Shown here in pieces: positions 39,492 to 50,028 of a stretch of 64,000 nt of DNA. Source of the stretch: Candidatus Hydrogenedentota bacterium. Lineage in GTDB: Bacteria; Hydrogenedentota; Hydrogenedentia; Hydrogenedentales; SLHB01. The notes under the pieces are model-generated. The model was not told where the DNA came from and made no database searches. It saw only the letters and a program-made list of their open reading frames with translations. How positions within the stretch are numbered: position 1 is the first letter of the stretch; each line of letters starts with the position of its first letter. The position numbers were made by a program, and so were the translations under genes. The stretch lies in the NCBI GenBank assembly GCA_963745075.1, contig CAVUWV010000030.1:1-64000 (forward strand), read 5' to 3'.

Positions 39492-41180
39492 TCAATACTC
39501 GGCTTTGTTGAGGTTTCGGAGTCCGAGGCGCATGGGGAGCCAGGTGCTTGCGGCGCTGAGGATCGTAATAAAGACAATCGCGGCGGTGAGGGCGTAGGCA
39601 AAGGTATTGACGCCCCGGTAGGCATCGAGGGCGCGCCATTGCATGACGAGGGTCTGGGTGCCGACCACGAGGGTAATGTACCCCATGCTGAGGAGGAAGT
39701 TGAGGGTCCCTCCCATGCCGGAGACGATGCGGGCGGGGTTGTCTTCCTGAAAGTTGGGGTAGAGGCTGCCCAACCCGACGGCAAGCCCGGAGAGCCCGAA
39801 GTTGGTGATGACGATGCTGTATACGGCGAGGGCGAAGTAGATGGGCTCGACGCCGAGCATGTAACAGGACAAGACAACGAGTGTGATCGTGAACACCGAA
39901 GTCGTGGATACGCTGAGCCAGAATTTTTGCCAGATGAGTTGGCGGTAGGTCAGCGGAGCAAGACCGATCACCCAGAAACGACGTCCTTCCAGGCTGATGA
40001 GCGGGTAAACAAAACGGCTTGTCAATGTGGCCAGGATCAAGGTGCACGCGCCGATGTTCAGGCAGACGATCCAGTTGCGGTACGACGCGGTTTGGAATGC
40101 CGTCGATCGATCGCGCAGGCTCGCCACGTACACCGCCATGATGCCGAAGAAGATCACGAATTGAGACCACTGGGCCGGATCGCGCCAGAACAACCGGAAA
40201 TCTTTGATGACCAGCGCGCGGTGCGGTTCGCGAAGGCCGCTGAAGATGCGATCGATACGGGATAGCCACCCGCGCCCGGGCGGGGTCTTGCGATTCATGT
40301 CGTTTCCGGCGAGGTCGGACCATCCGGGATAGAAGATCCATTGCGCGATGCCCGCGGACACGAGGACCATCATCAATGCATTCGACAGGAGCACAAGGAA
40401 GAAGAACGCGGACTCGGTGAACTGACTTTCTGCGGCGGCGAGTACGCCGCGGGTTGCCCAGTGGCTGGGCAGGAGCCAGGATTGGGTGCGCGACATGGCG
40501 TCGAGCACGCTGCTGAAATTCGGATCGGAAAGATGAACATCGCGGAAAATGACACGGAGGTACAGGAAGACCATGGCGACCGCGATGGCGGCGGCGCCGA
40601 CCATGCTGCCTCGCGGCAAGCGGGGAAAAACGCGGACCAACACCATAGCGATGACCGCGCCGATGGCGGCGGGAATGCTGACGAAGGGCACGTAGAATGC
40701 GCCCGCGGCCAGATAGAAGGGCCACGGTGCGTCGTTTGTGATGCCGTAAGCCAGGATGAGCGGTGAACCCAAATAGGCCGAGGCCCAGGAACTGAAGGAG
40801 ACGCATTCCACCAGCCGCGCCACGAAGAATTCCCACCAGGATATGGGGGCGTGCAGCAGATAGGCGACTTCGCGCGACTTGTAGAGCGTGGAGAAGGCGA
40901 TCAGCACGTTGGAAAAGATCAGCATGAAGAACAGGGCCAACGCGAAGACGGACAACAATCGGGACATGATGATGTCGCCGAGGCTGATGCTACCCGGGTC
41001 GGCGCCGAAGCGCTTGAGCCAGTTGAAAGCGGCCCAGAAGGCGTAGTACGCGCCGAACCACAGGATCACGGCGGACGTGGACACCACCGCGACTTTCAAC
41101 TTGGACTCGTCGCGGACGGAGGCGATGTGGTTTCGGGCGATGCGGGTTTTCGCCCAGAGCATGGCGCCCACGCGCGTCAT
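39492..41180 (-). CDS. ABC exporter permease (about 12 TM)
   Basis: KDFRLFWRDPAQWSQ, RFVYPLISLEG and GLGSLYPNF motifs; 4-bp overlap with the ATPase. Confidence 0.85.
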   Translation of the reverse strand: MTRVGAMLWAKTRIARNHIASVRDESKLKVAVVSTSAVILWFGAYYAFWAAFNWLKRFGADPGSISLGDIIMSRLLSVFALALFFMLIFSNVLIAFSTLYKSREVAYLLHAPISWWEFFVARLVECVSFSSWASAYLGSPLILAYGITNDAPWPFYLAAGAFYVPFVSIPAAIGAVIAMVLVRVFPRLPRGSMVGAAAIAVAMVFLYLRVIFRDVHLSDPNFSSVLDAMSRTQSWLLPSHWATRGVLAAAESQFTESAFFFLVLLSNALMMVLVSAGIAQWIFYPGWSDLAGNDMNRKTPPGRGWLSRIDRIFSGLREPHRALVIKDFRLFWRDPAQWSQFVIFFGIMAVYVASLRDRSTAFQTASYRNWIVCLNIGACTLILATLTSRFVYPLISLEGRRFWVIGLAPLTYRQLIWQKFWLSVSTTSVFTITLVVLSCYMLGVEPIYFALAVYSIVITNFGLSGLAVGLGSLYPNFQEDNPARIVSGMGGTLNFLLSMGYITLVVGTQTLVMQWRALDAYRGVNTFAYALTAAIVFITILSAASTWLPMRLGLRNLNKAEY

Positions 41181-41908
41181 GTCGTGTCCTCGCCTCGGGT
41201 GAGTTCAAGGAAGACGTCTTCCAGGCTGCCGGGGTTACGTGAGAGGGCCAGGATCTCCTTGAGCGTGCCGATGTGCAGGAGTTTGCCGTTATGAATGATG
41301 CCGATGCGGTCGGCCACGTCTTCAATGATGCTCAGCGAGTGCGTAGACATGAAGACGGTGACCCCCTCCCGCGTGCGCTGCTTGAGGTAGTCTTTGACGA
41401 ACCGGATGTTCTTGGGATCGAGGCCGACCCAGGGTTCGTCGACGACGACGATCTTCGGGTCGTGCAGGAAACACGTCGCGAATGACAGTTTCTGCCGCAT
41501 GCCGTGACTGTAATTCTCGATGAGTTGATCGCCGACGTGGCGGATCTCGAAGAGTTCGAGCAATTCTTCGGAGGCGCCGTTTAGCGAGGCCGCCGGCAAT
41601 TGATACAGCCCGGCGACGAATCGCATGAACTCGCGTCCCGTAAGTTTTTCGTAGAGGAAGGGTGTGTCCGGGATGTACCCGAGCAACGCCTTTGTCTTGA
41701 CGGGATCTTTCTGGATGTCGAACCCGCCAAGGACCGCGCGGCCCCCGCTCGGCTTGATCAGGCCGGTCAGCATTTTGATGGTCGTCGTCTTCCCCGCTCC
41801 GTTCGGGCCGAGGAAACAGAAAAATTCGCCGGCGGCGATATTCAGATTCAAGGACTGCACCGCCGCGTTTGCACCGAAACGTTTTGTGAGGTCGATGGTT
41901 TCGATCAT
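41177..41908 (-). CDS. ABC transporter ATP-binding protein
   Basis: GPNGAGKTT, YSHGMRQK, VVDEP and STH motifs. Confidence 0.95.
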   Translation of the reverse strand: MIETIDLTKRFGANAAVQSLNLNIAAGEFFCFLGPNGAGKTTTIKMLTGLIKPSGGRAVLGGFDIQKDPVKTKALLGYIPDTPFLYEKLTGREFMRFVAGLYQLPAASLNGASEELLELFEIRHVGDQLIENYSHGMRQKLSFATCFLHDPKIVVVDEPWVGLDPKNIRFVKDYLKQRTREGVTVFMSTHSLSIIEDVADRIGIIHNGKLLHIGTLKEILALSRNPGSLEDVFLELTRGEDTT

Positions 41909-41985
41909 GGACTAACCCTGCAATGAAGAAACGATGTCCGTCTGAGATTCTATGCCTTGGCGCCCCAATTTTGCACGACGTACCG

Positions 41986-43521
41986 TTACAACCCCGGTGG
42001 CACCATGTCGGCGAGTTGCCAGGGGTCGGTTTCGGGGACGTTGAGGTTACGAAAGGTCTCGATGACGATGTCGCGAAGCATGCGGATGCGTTTGCGGGCG
42101 GTGACGATGCCCTGGCCGTCTGCGCAGGGATGCCAGTAGGTGATATGAAAATCCCGTTCGTGGAACCAGCGTGCCATGAAATGCGGATCGGGGCCGATGG
42201 CTTCTCGCGATAGATAGGCTGCCGGGATGCGCGCGATCAGCGTTCCTCCTTCGTAAAGGATCGATTGGGCAAGTCGGACCATTTCGTCGGCGGTGTTCCA
42301 GAGCGTGAGGTCGGAGAGAACGACCGTGTCGACTTTGCCGCGCCAGCCTTTGGGTTCATCGGCATAGGTATCGTCATAGGAGCCATGGCGTTGATTCCGG
42401 CGGTCGTCGTTGGGGGCAATGCCGACGAGGCGGGTCGCTCCCCTGCGGCGTAAGGCGTACTTGGAGGCATCAAGGTTCATGCCGAAGTCCATGACAATGC
42501 CAGGCGCGTGCGGAAGGTAATCCGTCAGGGTGTCTCCCAGTCTGGTGGGTTCGGGCTTGGCCGACTCGAAGTCCGGAAAATTGCGGCGGACCACGTCGAG
42601 GATTTCGTCGACTCGATGATCGTACGTATGCCGGGCGAGCACCTCATCCCTGCCCAGTCGTGCGATGGTGTCGCGCGCGGTTTCGTCGTCTAAGTATTGC
42701 TGCGCGCGTTCGATTAACTCCTCGTCGGAATCGTACGCGATGAGGTGTTTGCCGTCTTCAAACAGGTCCAACAGTCCGTTGAACTCGCTGGCGCGGTTGG
42801 TCAGGAGCGGACAGCCCATGGCGAGGGCTTCGAAGATTCGCATGTTCAGGTCTTCGATAGCGGAGTGGTTGAATGCCAGCCGGCCGCTGCACGTATGCCG
42901 GCAGTACCCGTCGCCATGGACCCGTTCGAGGGCTTCGACGGAGAAGCGATCGGCGAGGAGATGCAACAGGCGCGCCCGTTCACGGTGCACGGGCATGCTG
43001 GCGGCACCGACGAAGGAGATGTCGTACTCCTTCGGCACGTCGACCGGGTAGTGGGTGTCCGGCGCGCATGCCAAGGGCAACCAATACACGTGGCGCGAAC
43101 CGGTGGAACGAAGGTAGGGAATGTAGGCACGTTGCGCTGCAAACACGAGGTCGTAGTGGATGGCCTCGTTGACTTCCATGAGGCATTGCCAGGTGTCGAT
43201 GCTGAGAAAAACCGTGGGGCAGGACAGATTGGCGGTCCTGGTGAACAGGGGTATGCCACCACCGGAAATGGATACGACGAGGTGCGGACTCCAGCCGTCT
43301 GGAAGCAGCGCGTAGAGATCGTCGACTGAACCGAGATCGGCCTCGATGTCGTTTTTGACGACCATGTGGGCGAGATGGTATCTCCCCCACCCTTTCAGCA
43401 CATCCGGACTCGGGTTCGGGCCGACGGTCAGAACGTCGCAGTGTCTCCGGAAGGCGCGGACGTAGTGCCCGTGCCATGCGAAGGGATTGGCCTGACCAAG
43501 GATGCAAACGCGGATCGACAT
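41986..43521 (-). CDS. CgeB-like (Glyco_trans_1_2) glycosyltransferase with a degenerate methyltransferase-like tail
   Basis: WLPLAC, YDISFVG, DLNMRIFEALAMG and HTYDHRV motifs. Confidence 0.82.
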   Translation of the reverse strand: MSIRVCILGQANPFAWHGHYVRAFRRHCDVLTVGPNPSPDVLKGWGRYHLAHMVVKNDIEADLGSVDDLYALLPDGWSPHLVVSISGGGIPLFTRTANLSCPTVFLSIDTWQCLMEVNEAIHYDLVFAAQRAYIPYLRSTGSRHVYWLPLACAPDTHYPVDVPKEYDISFVGAASMPVHRERARLLHLLADRFSVEALERVHGDGYCRHTCSGRLAFNHSAIEDLNMRIFEALAMGCPLLTNRASEFNGLLDLFEDGKHLIAYDSDEELIERAQQYLDDETARDTIARLGRDEVLARHTYDHRVDEILDVVRRNFPDFESAKPEPTRLGDTLTDYLPHAPGIVMDFGMNLDASKYALRRRGATRLVGIAPNDDRRNQRHGSYDDTYADEPKGWRGKVDTVVLSDLTLWNTADEMVRLAQSILYEGGTLIARIPAAYLSREAIGPDPHFMARWFHERDFHITYWHPCADGQGIVTARKRIRMLRDIVIETFRNLNVPETDPWQLADMVPPGL

Positions 43522-43620
43522 TGTATGACCTGTAGCAGTTCGTGTCTTCCGATTATGGCAGGCGGCGACGGGGGTTACAATGAGACCGTTGGGACGTATG
43601 GAACCAATGAGAATTCTGGA

Positions 43621-44097
43621 TCAGTTGGCGGCAACGGAAGTAGTCTGCGTAGCGCCACCAGGTAGCCAGACGTAAACGTTCAAGGTTGCCCTCCCCCACT
43701 TTTCGGCCTGGTGGTGTTTTTTGAAGAAGACGTCAATGTGGTTGCCCTTGATGTCGCCGCCGCGATCTTCGACGCGACCGTAGCCGTAACCCGGCACGTA
43801 CATGACGGTGCCGAAGGGATAGCGGGCGGTGTCGGCGGCGATGGTGCCAACGTCGGCTTGGGTGCCGCTGGCGGTCTGCCCAACTGTCTTGCGCTCGCCT
43901 TTCAGGGAACCTGAGGCGTAGACCGGGCGGAAAAGCCAGTTCCGTTTCCAGGCACAGCACTGCTTGCAGGGACAATAGGCGGTGACCTCCATGGGAACGA
44001 CCATGGTGGCCGGGCCGAGGCCGTTGTCATTGGTCGCGCAGCCGAGGGGCAACACCACGACGGTAGCGACGGCAAGTGCTTTGTAAAGAGTTTTCAT
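43621..44097 (-). CDS. 3D-domain lipoprotein (MltA-like double-psi barrel)
   Basis: Lipobox PLGC; VTAYC, IAAD, PFGT and VEDRGGDIKGNHIDVF motifs. Confidence 0.88.
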   Translation of the reverse strand: MKTLYKALAVATVVVLPLGCATNDNGLGPATMVVPMEVTAYCPCKQCCAWKRNWLFRPVYASGSLKGERKTVGQTASGTQADVGTIAADTARYPFGTVMYVPGYGYGRVEDRGGDIKGNHIDVFFKKHHQAEKWGRATLNVYVWLPGGATQTTSVAAN

Positions 44098-44315
44098 GCT
44101 GTCAACAGATTACTATAGGTTCGAGGTTTTGACAAGAGGAAACGTGAATTACGCTATTTTCATCATTGAGCCAACGGAAAACTGCCAACTACTCAAGCGT
44201 TTACCGCGTTGCCGCTTGAAGGGCTTTCCGATACACTAGCGGTCCATGGAGTGCGTTGGCGCACCTGGTGTTCCCGGTGGGGCCAGGCTTGGTCGAAATC
44301 AAAGGATACGTCCCT

Positions 44316-44675
44316 ATGCAGTCTACTGAGAAGAACTACGCGGTGGCGCAACTCGATAGTCTGGATGCGGTTACCTGTCCGTGCGGCCGGGCGCGGCGGG
44401 CCTTTGCCTTGCCGGGCAATCCAGCGAGTGTGCATTTGGTGGACATTCGGATAGATGCGGAGACCCATTATCACAAGGGCATGACAGAGATATACCTCGT
44501 CCTCGAAGGGGAAGGCCATCTCGAGCTGGACGGCGAACTTATTTCTGTCAAGCCATTGACAGCCATCATGATACGGCCAGGCTGCCAGCATCGCGCGGTG
44601 GGGACCTTGCGGATCATCAATATCGCGGTTCCGGCGTTTGACCCCGGTGATGAATGGACGGATGAGCCTGGGTGA
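44316..44675 (+). CDS. Cupin-domain protein
   Basis: HYHKGMTEIYLVLEGEG...PGCQHRAVG. Confidence 0.88.
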   Translation: MQSTEKNYAVAQLDSLDAVTCPCGRARRAFALPGNPASVHLVDIRIDAETHYHKGMTEIYLVLEGEGHLELDGELISVKPLTAIMIRPGCQHRAVGTLRIINIAVPAFDPGDEWTDEPG

Positions 44676-45003
44676 AATGGCGGGTGCCTGCTTTGGATAA
44701 TGTATAATTTACTGTACATGATAGTCGATGGATTTGAGATAGATCGCGCATCCCATTGTATACTAATTGCTTACGATACATGGTTGAGACGGGAGAGGCA
44801 TGGTTAACGCATTCGGAATCGGAGGCCGAAGGTGGGTGCGCATTTTGCGAGACCAGTTTTGAATAGAGCGATAACCCTATCGTCTGGTTTGCCGAACTCA
44901 CAGATGCCGGCCGCGAGAAGCGGCAAAGACGTGGCAGGTGGCAGGGCCAGAGATTTGGGAGAGTTTGGGCCATCTGCGCTGGGGAATCGAGGAGAGCGGC
45001 CCT

Positions 45004-45654
45004 ATGAGTGTTGCATTGGATTTCTCGTTGCGCTGCGAGATGACGGAGGAAACTCCCGAGTCCGGGAATGTGGCTATGGTCGCGGATAGTGATGACGCGG
45101 CGCTGGTCAGCCGGGCGCAAACGGGCGACTTCCGGGCCTTTGAGGAGTTGGTGCGGCGGTACCGCAACGATGTGTTTGCCCTCGCCTACCATTTTCTGCG
45201 CAATCGGGAAGAGGCGTGGGACACTTCGCAAGAGGTGTTTATCAAGGCGCACCGGTCGCTGAAACGGTTCCGCGGCGACGCGAGTTTCAAGACGTGGCTG
45301 ATGCGGATTACGTCGAACCAGTGCAAGGATTATTTGAAGAAACGGCGGCTTTCGACCGTCTCATACAATGATGCGATTGAAGCCGAGCACGCGACAAGTC
45401 CGGTGCTGGGTCCGAGCCATGCGGCGGAGGCCCAGGAACTGGGCGACGCCATTACGAAGGCGTTGGACGGGTTGTCGTTCAAGCATCGAACGGCTTTTGT
45501 GTTGAGGGAATTTGAAGGATTGTCGTACGAGGATATGGCCCAAGTGATGGGCTGCAACGTGGGCACGGTCATGAGCCGCTTGCATCACGCACGGAAAAAG
45601 TTGCAAAACAGTCTCCAGCGAATGGGGTTTGCCGGAGGAAACGGTAATGAATAA
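45004..45654 (+). CDS. ECF (RpoE-like) sigma factor
   Basis: DAALVSRAQTGDFRAFEELV, DTSQEVFIKA, FKTWLMRI and GLSYEDMA...GTVMSRLHHARKKL motifs; start uncertain. Confidence 0.93.
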   Translation: MSVALDFSLRCEMTEETPESGNVAMVADSDDAALVSRAQTGDFRAFEELVRRYRNDVFALAYHFLRNREEAWDTSQEVFIKAHRSLKRFRGDASFKTWLMRITSNQCKDYLKKRRLSTVSYNDAIEAEHATSPVLGPSHAAEAQELGDAITKALDGLSFKHRTAFVLREFEGLSYEDMAQVMGCNVGTVMSRLHHARKKLQNSLQRMGFAGGNGNE

Positions 45655-46099
45655 GTGGGAACGAGATATCGCGCGCCGGTTTGACGGTGAAACCGGCGGG
45701 GATGGCAACGCGCCGGCCGATGCGCGGTCGGCGGCGTATGAGGCGGGTTTGCGACTATTGCGCGAAGGTGCGCAGCAGGCGGCGAACCGGGCCGAGATTG
45801 CCGATGCGCAGTTTCCGGCGTTTATGGAAGGCATTCGTGAGGAGACCGAGCGCCCGGCGCGCGGTCATCGCGGGTTTTGGGCGGTCGTTTCGTTGAGCAC
45901 GGCGGCCCTGCTGGTTGCATTGTCCGCGTTTCTTCTGTTTACTACAGGTGAGCACGCCACGCCGACGGTCGTTGAAGCGGTAACGAACGAAGTCGAAACC
46001 GTGTCGACGGAGATCAACGGGGCAACGGTTGATTCATACACCGATGGTGACGGTACCACGGTGCTTTGGGTAAGTAACGGTAAACGAGATCTGCTGTGA
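45647..46099 (+). CDS. Putative single-pass anti-sigma factor
   Basis: Overlaps the sigma stop; central TM FWAVVSLSTAALLVALSAFLLF. Confidence 0.65.
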   Translation: MNKWERDIARRFDGETGGDGNAPADARSAAYEAGLRLLREGAQQAANRAEIADAQFPAFMEGIREETERPARGHRGFWAVVSLSTAALLVALSAFLLFTTGEHATPTVVEAVTNEVETVSTEINGATVDSYTDGDGTTVLWVSNGKRDLL

Positions 46100-46572
46100 G
46101 TTTTGCGGGGTTGACGATCTTTCTGGTCGCGTTGGTGGGAAACGCCGACCAAGCGCTTGAGCTTCCGGTTACCATTTCGATGGTCGCCGTGCAGGCGACG
46201 AATGAGAATCGCCCGGCGAACGAGAAGTTTTTTGAGTCCGGGTTGGAGTCGATTCGCTCCAGCCTGGAGAGTCTCCCCTTCGACACCTTCCGGAAAGTGA
46301 AATCCGACCGCGGGCAGGTGTCGGCGCAGGAAGAGGCGAAGTTCGCCATTGACGATCGCTACACCTTGTCCGTCACCCCGTTATCCGGCGATACGGAGGG
46401 ACGGGTCCGCGTGAAAGTCCGGATCACCGAGAAGGTCGAGAAGGACGGGAAGACGGTCACCCAAAAAGCCCTGGAAACAACCAGCGCAATTGTTCCGGGG
46501 CGGCACCTGCTCTTGGGGGGCCTGCCGAAAGACGGGGGTCGGCTGGCGATCCTGCTGACGGTGGAGAAGTAA
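46096..46572 (+). CDS. Exported hypothetical protein in the ECF operon
   Basis: GTGA overlap; hydrophobic N-terminus; beta-rich sequence. Confidence 0.65.
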   Translation: MSFAGLTIFLVALVGNADQALELPVTISMVAVQATNENRPANEKFFESGLESIRSSLESLPFDTFRKVKSDRGQVSAQEEAKFAIDDRYTLSVTPLSGDTEGRVRVKVRITEKVEKDGKTVTQKALETTSAIVPGRHLLLGGLPKDGGRLAILLTVEK

Positions 46573-46827
46573 GTAGTACACCGACCTTCACGGACGGGAT
46601 GATTGTAGCGGTCTCGGCTTCATCCACTAATTTTGATACTCCTTCACGTTTCTCTTTCTCCCTTTCATTCAACGCCTTCCGGCGGTTCTCGCGTCCGATC
46701 TTAGTGACAATAAATGTCGCGCGATTACCTCCATGGTCGTGGAAAACGGCGCCTAACGAGATCACCTCCCTCGGTGAAATCCATATAAGTTATTTTGCGA
46801 CAGATAGTTGTGAATTTGGTGCGCCGT

Positions 46828-46844
46828 TTGGCACGGGGGTTGCC
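46828..46844 (+). promoter_or_regulatory. Putative sigma54 promoter of the pilin gene
   Basis: TTGGCACGGGGGTTGCC matches TGGCAC-N5-TTGC. Confidence 0.75.
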
Positions 46845-46940
46845 TACGAAGGGGGTACAAGTTGAATGGAATGTGTCGGTCCCATGGGGGCCGATGTGGG
46901 TAATCCAAGCGACGGGATAGGAACTCTGGAGGGTAAGGTT

Positions 46941-47435
46941 ATGAAAGCAACGAAGAAATCCGGTTTCACGCTGATCGAGTTGATGATCGTGGTCGCCATT
47001 ATCGCGATCATCGCGGCTATCGCCATTCCGAACCTGCTGCGTTCGCGCATGAGTGCGAATGAAGCGGGCGCGGCGGGCGCCATGCGCACCATTTCGACGG
47101 GTGAAGTGGCCTATCAGACGGCCGCTTTCACCGACACCGACACCGACGGTGTGGGTGACTACGGCACGCTGGCCCAGTTGGCCGACCCTGATGGCGGCGG
47201 CGCCACGCCTCCGTTCATTGATTCGGTTCTCGGCAATGGCCAGAAGCATGGCTACACCTTCACGGTTGCGGTCACCAACGGTACGGCCGCCACGATGCCG
47301 GCCTACACCTGCACGGCGATTCCGGCTGCGGCAGGCCGCACGGGCTATCGTCAGTACTTCGTCGACGAGTCCGGCGTGATTCGCTTCACCGCGGACGGCA
47401 CGGCGGTTAGCGTCGCCTCGTCTCCGTTGAACTAA
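46941..47435 (+). CDS. Type IV pilin (probable major pilin)
   Basis: Class III signal MKATKKSG|FTLIELMIVVAIIAIIAAIAIPNL; monocistronic with its own promoter and terminator. Confidence 0.9.
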   Translation: MKATKKSGFTLIELMIVVAIIAIIAAIAIPNLLRSRMSANEAGAAGAMRTISTGEVAYQTAAFTDTDTDGVGDYGTLAQLADPDGGGATPPFIDSVLGNGQKHGYTFTVAVTNGTAATMPAYTCTAIPAAAGRTGYRQYFVDESGVIRFTADGTAVSVASSPLN

Positions 47436-47468
47436 AGTTAATCGAATTCCCAGCGCGAGTAGCATGCA

Positions 47469-47507
47469 AGCGGCGGGATCCCGAGAGGGGTCCCGCCGTT
47501 GCTGTTT
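47469..47507 (+). terminator. Rho-independent terminator
   Basis: agcggcgggatccc-gaga-ggggtcccgccgtt followed by gctgttt. Confidence 0.7.
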
Positions 47508-47594
47508 AATCCGCGCTTCGGTTAACGTCGATGCGTATTGGCGCACAGGTTTCCGCTCCGACGATTGGCGCGTGTGAGAATTCCGGGCTGGATT

Positions 47595-48239
47595 CTAATT
47601 GACGAGGCCGTTCTCGATGGCGTAGCGGATGACGTCGGCGGTGGTTTTCAAGCGGAGTTTCTCGAGGATGCGGACACGATAGGTGCTCACGGTTTTTACG
47701 CTCAGGCACAGTTTCTCGGCGATGGCGGTGGGCGTGAGACCCGATGCCAGGAGTTGCAGGACCTCGAATTCGCGGTTTGACAATCGTTCGTGAGGTGGAC
47801 CGTCGCTGCCGGAATCGAATGACAGTGCCAATTCCTCTGCAAGGCGCCGCGAAAGGAAGCGGCCACCGGCGCAGATCTTCCGGACGGCGTTGATAAGATC
47901 CTCCACGATGCTTTCCTTGGTGAGATAACCGGCCGCGCCCGCCTGAAGCAAACGCCGGGCGTAGATGTCTTCCGGTTGTACGGTGAGGATCAATACTGGT
48001 ACTTTGGGCCGGACGGCTTGCACTTGCTTCAGCAGATCCAATCCACTGATGCCTGGCATGTTCAGGTCCATGACGATGGCGTCCCATGAGCGTTCACGGA
48101 CGCGATCAAGGAGTTCCGCACCCGAAGAGGCCTCACCCTCCACGTTCAGATCGGGGGTTGAATCCAAGATGTGAATGATTCCCTGGCGGACTACAGGATG
48201 ATCGTCGGCCACAATGATCGAGTTGGTCATGGTTTCCAC
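47595..48239 (-). CDS. NarL/LuxR-family response regulator
   Basis: VADDHPVVRQG, MDLNMPG, LSNREFEVL and LSVKTVSTYR motifs. Confidence 0.95.
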   Translation of the reverse strand: METMTNSIIVADDHPVVRQGIIHILDSTPDLNVEGEASSGAELLDRVRERSWDAIVMDLNMPGISGLDLLKQVQAVRPKVPVLILTVQPEDIYARRLLQAGAAGYLTKESIVEDLINAVRKICAGGRFLSRRLAEELALSFDSGSDGPPHERLSNREFEVLQLLASGLTPTAIAEKLCLSVKTVSTYRVRILEKLRLKTTADVIRYAIENGLVN

Positions 48240-48243
48240 GCTG

Positions 48244-49500
48244 CTATTTCACATTCAAGACGGGCAGATGAGATCCGATTCGTTCTTCCGATCCGCTGAA
48301 GGGGATGGCAACTTCGACGCGGGTTCCGGCGCCATTCTGGGATTCCATGGTGAACCTTCCTCCAAGCAACGTAACACGTTCGCGCATGCCCAGGATACCG
48401 AAGCCTTTCGACTCGCCGAGAGTCGATCCGCCGGTTATGCCGCGGCCATTATCTTCCACGACTAATTCGAGCCATCCGTTTTGCTCAGTACATTGAAACT
48501 GTACGTGCGTTGCTTCGGCGTGGCGAGCGACATTGGTCAAGCACTCCTGGGCAATCCGGAAGATCGCGGTGGCCTTTTCCTTGGCTACGTCCAAACTCTC
48601 GTCGAAAAGCTTAACGGTACAGCGGGTTTTGGTACGCGTTTGAAAGTCACGTGTCAACCATTCCAGTGCAGCATGTAGCCCCAGGTCGTCGAGAATGGCG
48701 GGATGCAGTTCGGTCACGATACGGCGCGTCGTCCCCACCATTATGTCGACTTGGCGCGACAGTGAGGCGAGGATATTCGCGTAGGGCTCGCTGGTCCCCG
48801 TTCGCTCGTGCAGTTGGCGTTTCAGCCGTTCCAAGTCGATTCGGAGAGCAGTAAGATTCTGGCCGAGTTCGTCGTGTAATTCGCGGGCGATGCGTGCGCG
48901 TTCCAATTCCCGAACCTCTTGCACATGAGCTGTCAGTCGTCGCAATTCGTCGCGTGATTGCCGCAATTCGTCTTCCGCGCGTATACGTTCGCCAATTTCG
49001 TCGCGCAGCTTCGTTTGCTCCCGTTGGAGGATAGCTTTAATGAGAACCATCTCGATCAGGGCGAAGTAGAATGTGGCAAGGAGTATGACGACACCTGTCA
49101 TCATGAGCAAGTTCTCAGCGATCCCGCCCCATTCCAGAAGCTGGCTTTGGTGTGTGTGCCAGAAGGATGTTTCCCGAAACACGCTGAGGCCTTGTGCGAG
49201 CAAGAGCGCGGCGACCCCAGCCAACACCATCCACCGGAGCTGAGCTTGCCGGTGAATCATGAAGATAAGGTACAAGGCCGCGGCGCACAAAAGAGCAAGC
49301 GATACGAAACTCACCGATTTCGCAACGAGTGAGTCGACGCCAAGTGTCTCACCAAGAATCCTTATCGTGACTTCGAGAAAGAATGCGGTGAGCACGGCAA
49401 TCGCTACCGCGTAGCGCACTCGTCGTACGCGTTCGGGCGAAAACGTTTTGAGTGCAGTATGCGCGGCAGGGCCATGCCGTTGTTTGTGAGGTCTGTTCAC
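48244..49500 (-). CDS. Membrane sensor histidine kinase (HisKA_3)
   Basis: ERARIARELHDELGQNLT, QECLTNVARHA, DNGRG and GFGILGMRER motifs; 4 N-terminal TM. Confidence 0.93.
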   Translation of the reverse strand: MNRPHKQRHGPAAHTALKTFSPERVRRVRYAVAIAVLTAFFLEVTIRILGETLGVDSLVAKSVSFVSLALLCAAALYLIFMIHRQAQLRWMVLAGVAALLLAQGLSVFRETSFWHTHQSQLLEWGGIAENLLMMTGVVILLATFYFALIEMVLIKAILQREQTKLRDEIGERIRAEDELRQSRDELRRLTAHVQEVRELERARIARELHDELGQNLTALRIDLERLKRQLHERTGTSEPYANILASLSRQVDIMVGTTRRIVTELHPAILDDLGLHAALEWLTRDFQTRTKTRCTVKLFDESLDVAKEKATAIFRIAQECLTNVARHAEATHVQFQCTEQNGWLELVVEDNGRGITGGSTLGESKGFGILGMRERVTLLGGRFTMESQNGAGTRVEVAIPFSGSEERIGSHLPVLNVK

Positions 49501-50028
49501 GGTCTAGGGCCGAATCCCTTGATGCGGGCACTACCATGTTCGCGATATCGCGAGTGAGCGCACCAACCTTTGCAGCGGACATGTCACCATGCGCGGGGCT
49601 TACCTTGCCCCGCCAGGAACATTATAACGCATTCCATGTTCGAACTGGCGCGAAAAATGGCGCTTGGGCCGGACAAAGTTTGTAGGCCAAAACCCGACAC
49701 AGCCGGTTCAGCCTATTCTTACGCGAAAATGGCCGTTTGTCCGATAACGGGAATTCCGGCCTGCGAGATATACTTCCGTGTGAAGCGGCTGCGTAAGCAT
49801 TAAGGCTGTTGCGAAGGAGGCCCCACAACGTTCTCTTTGAAAGGGAGTTGGAAGATGTACGCCTCCCACGGGGCGAATATGGAGTCTCCAACGTGTCAAT
49901 CGCGCAGCCCATACTGCTCGGCAGAATTCTCCCTAAAGTCTTTTTGAACGGCGGCAAGCAGTGTGAAGTTTGGGCGGTGCATGCGATTTGCTGCACCCGC
50001 CGGGCCGGTTGAAGACGAAGGAGGCAGT

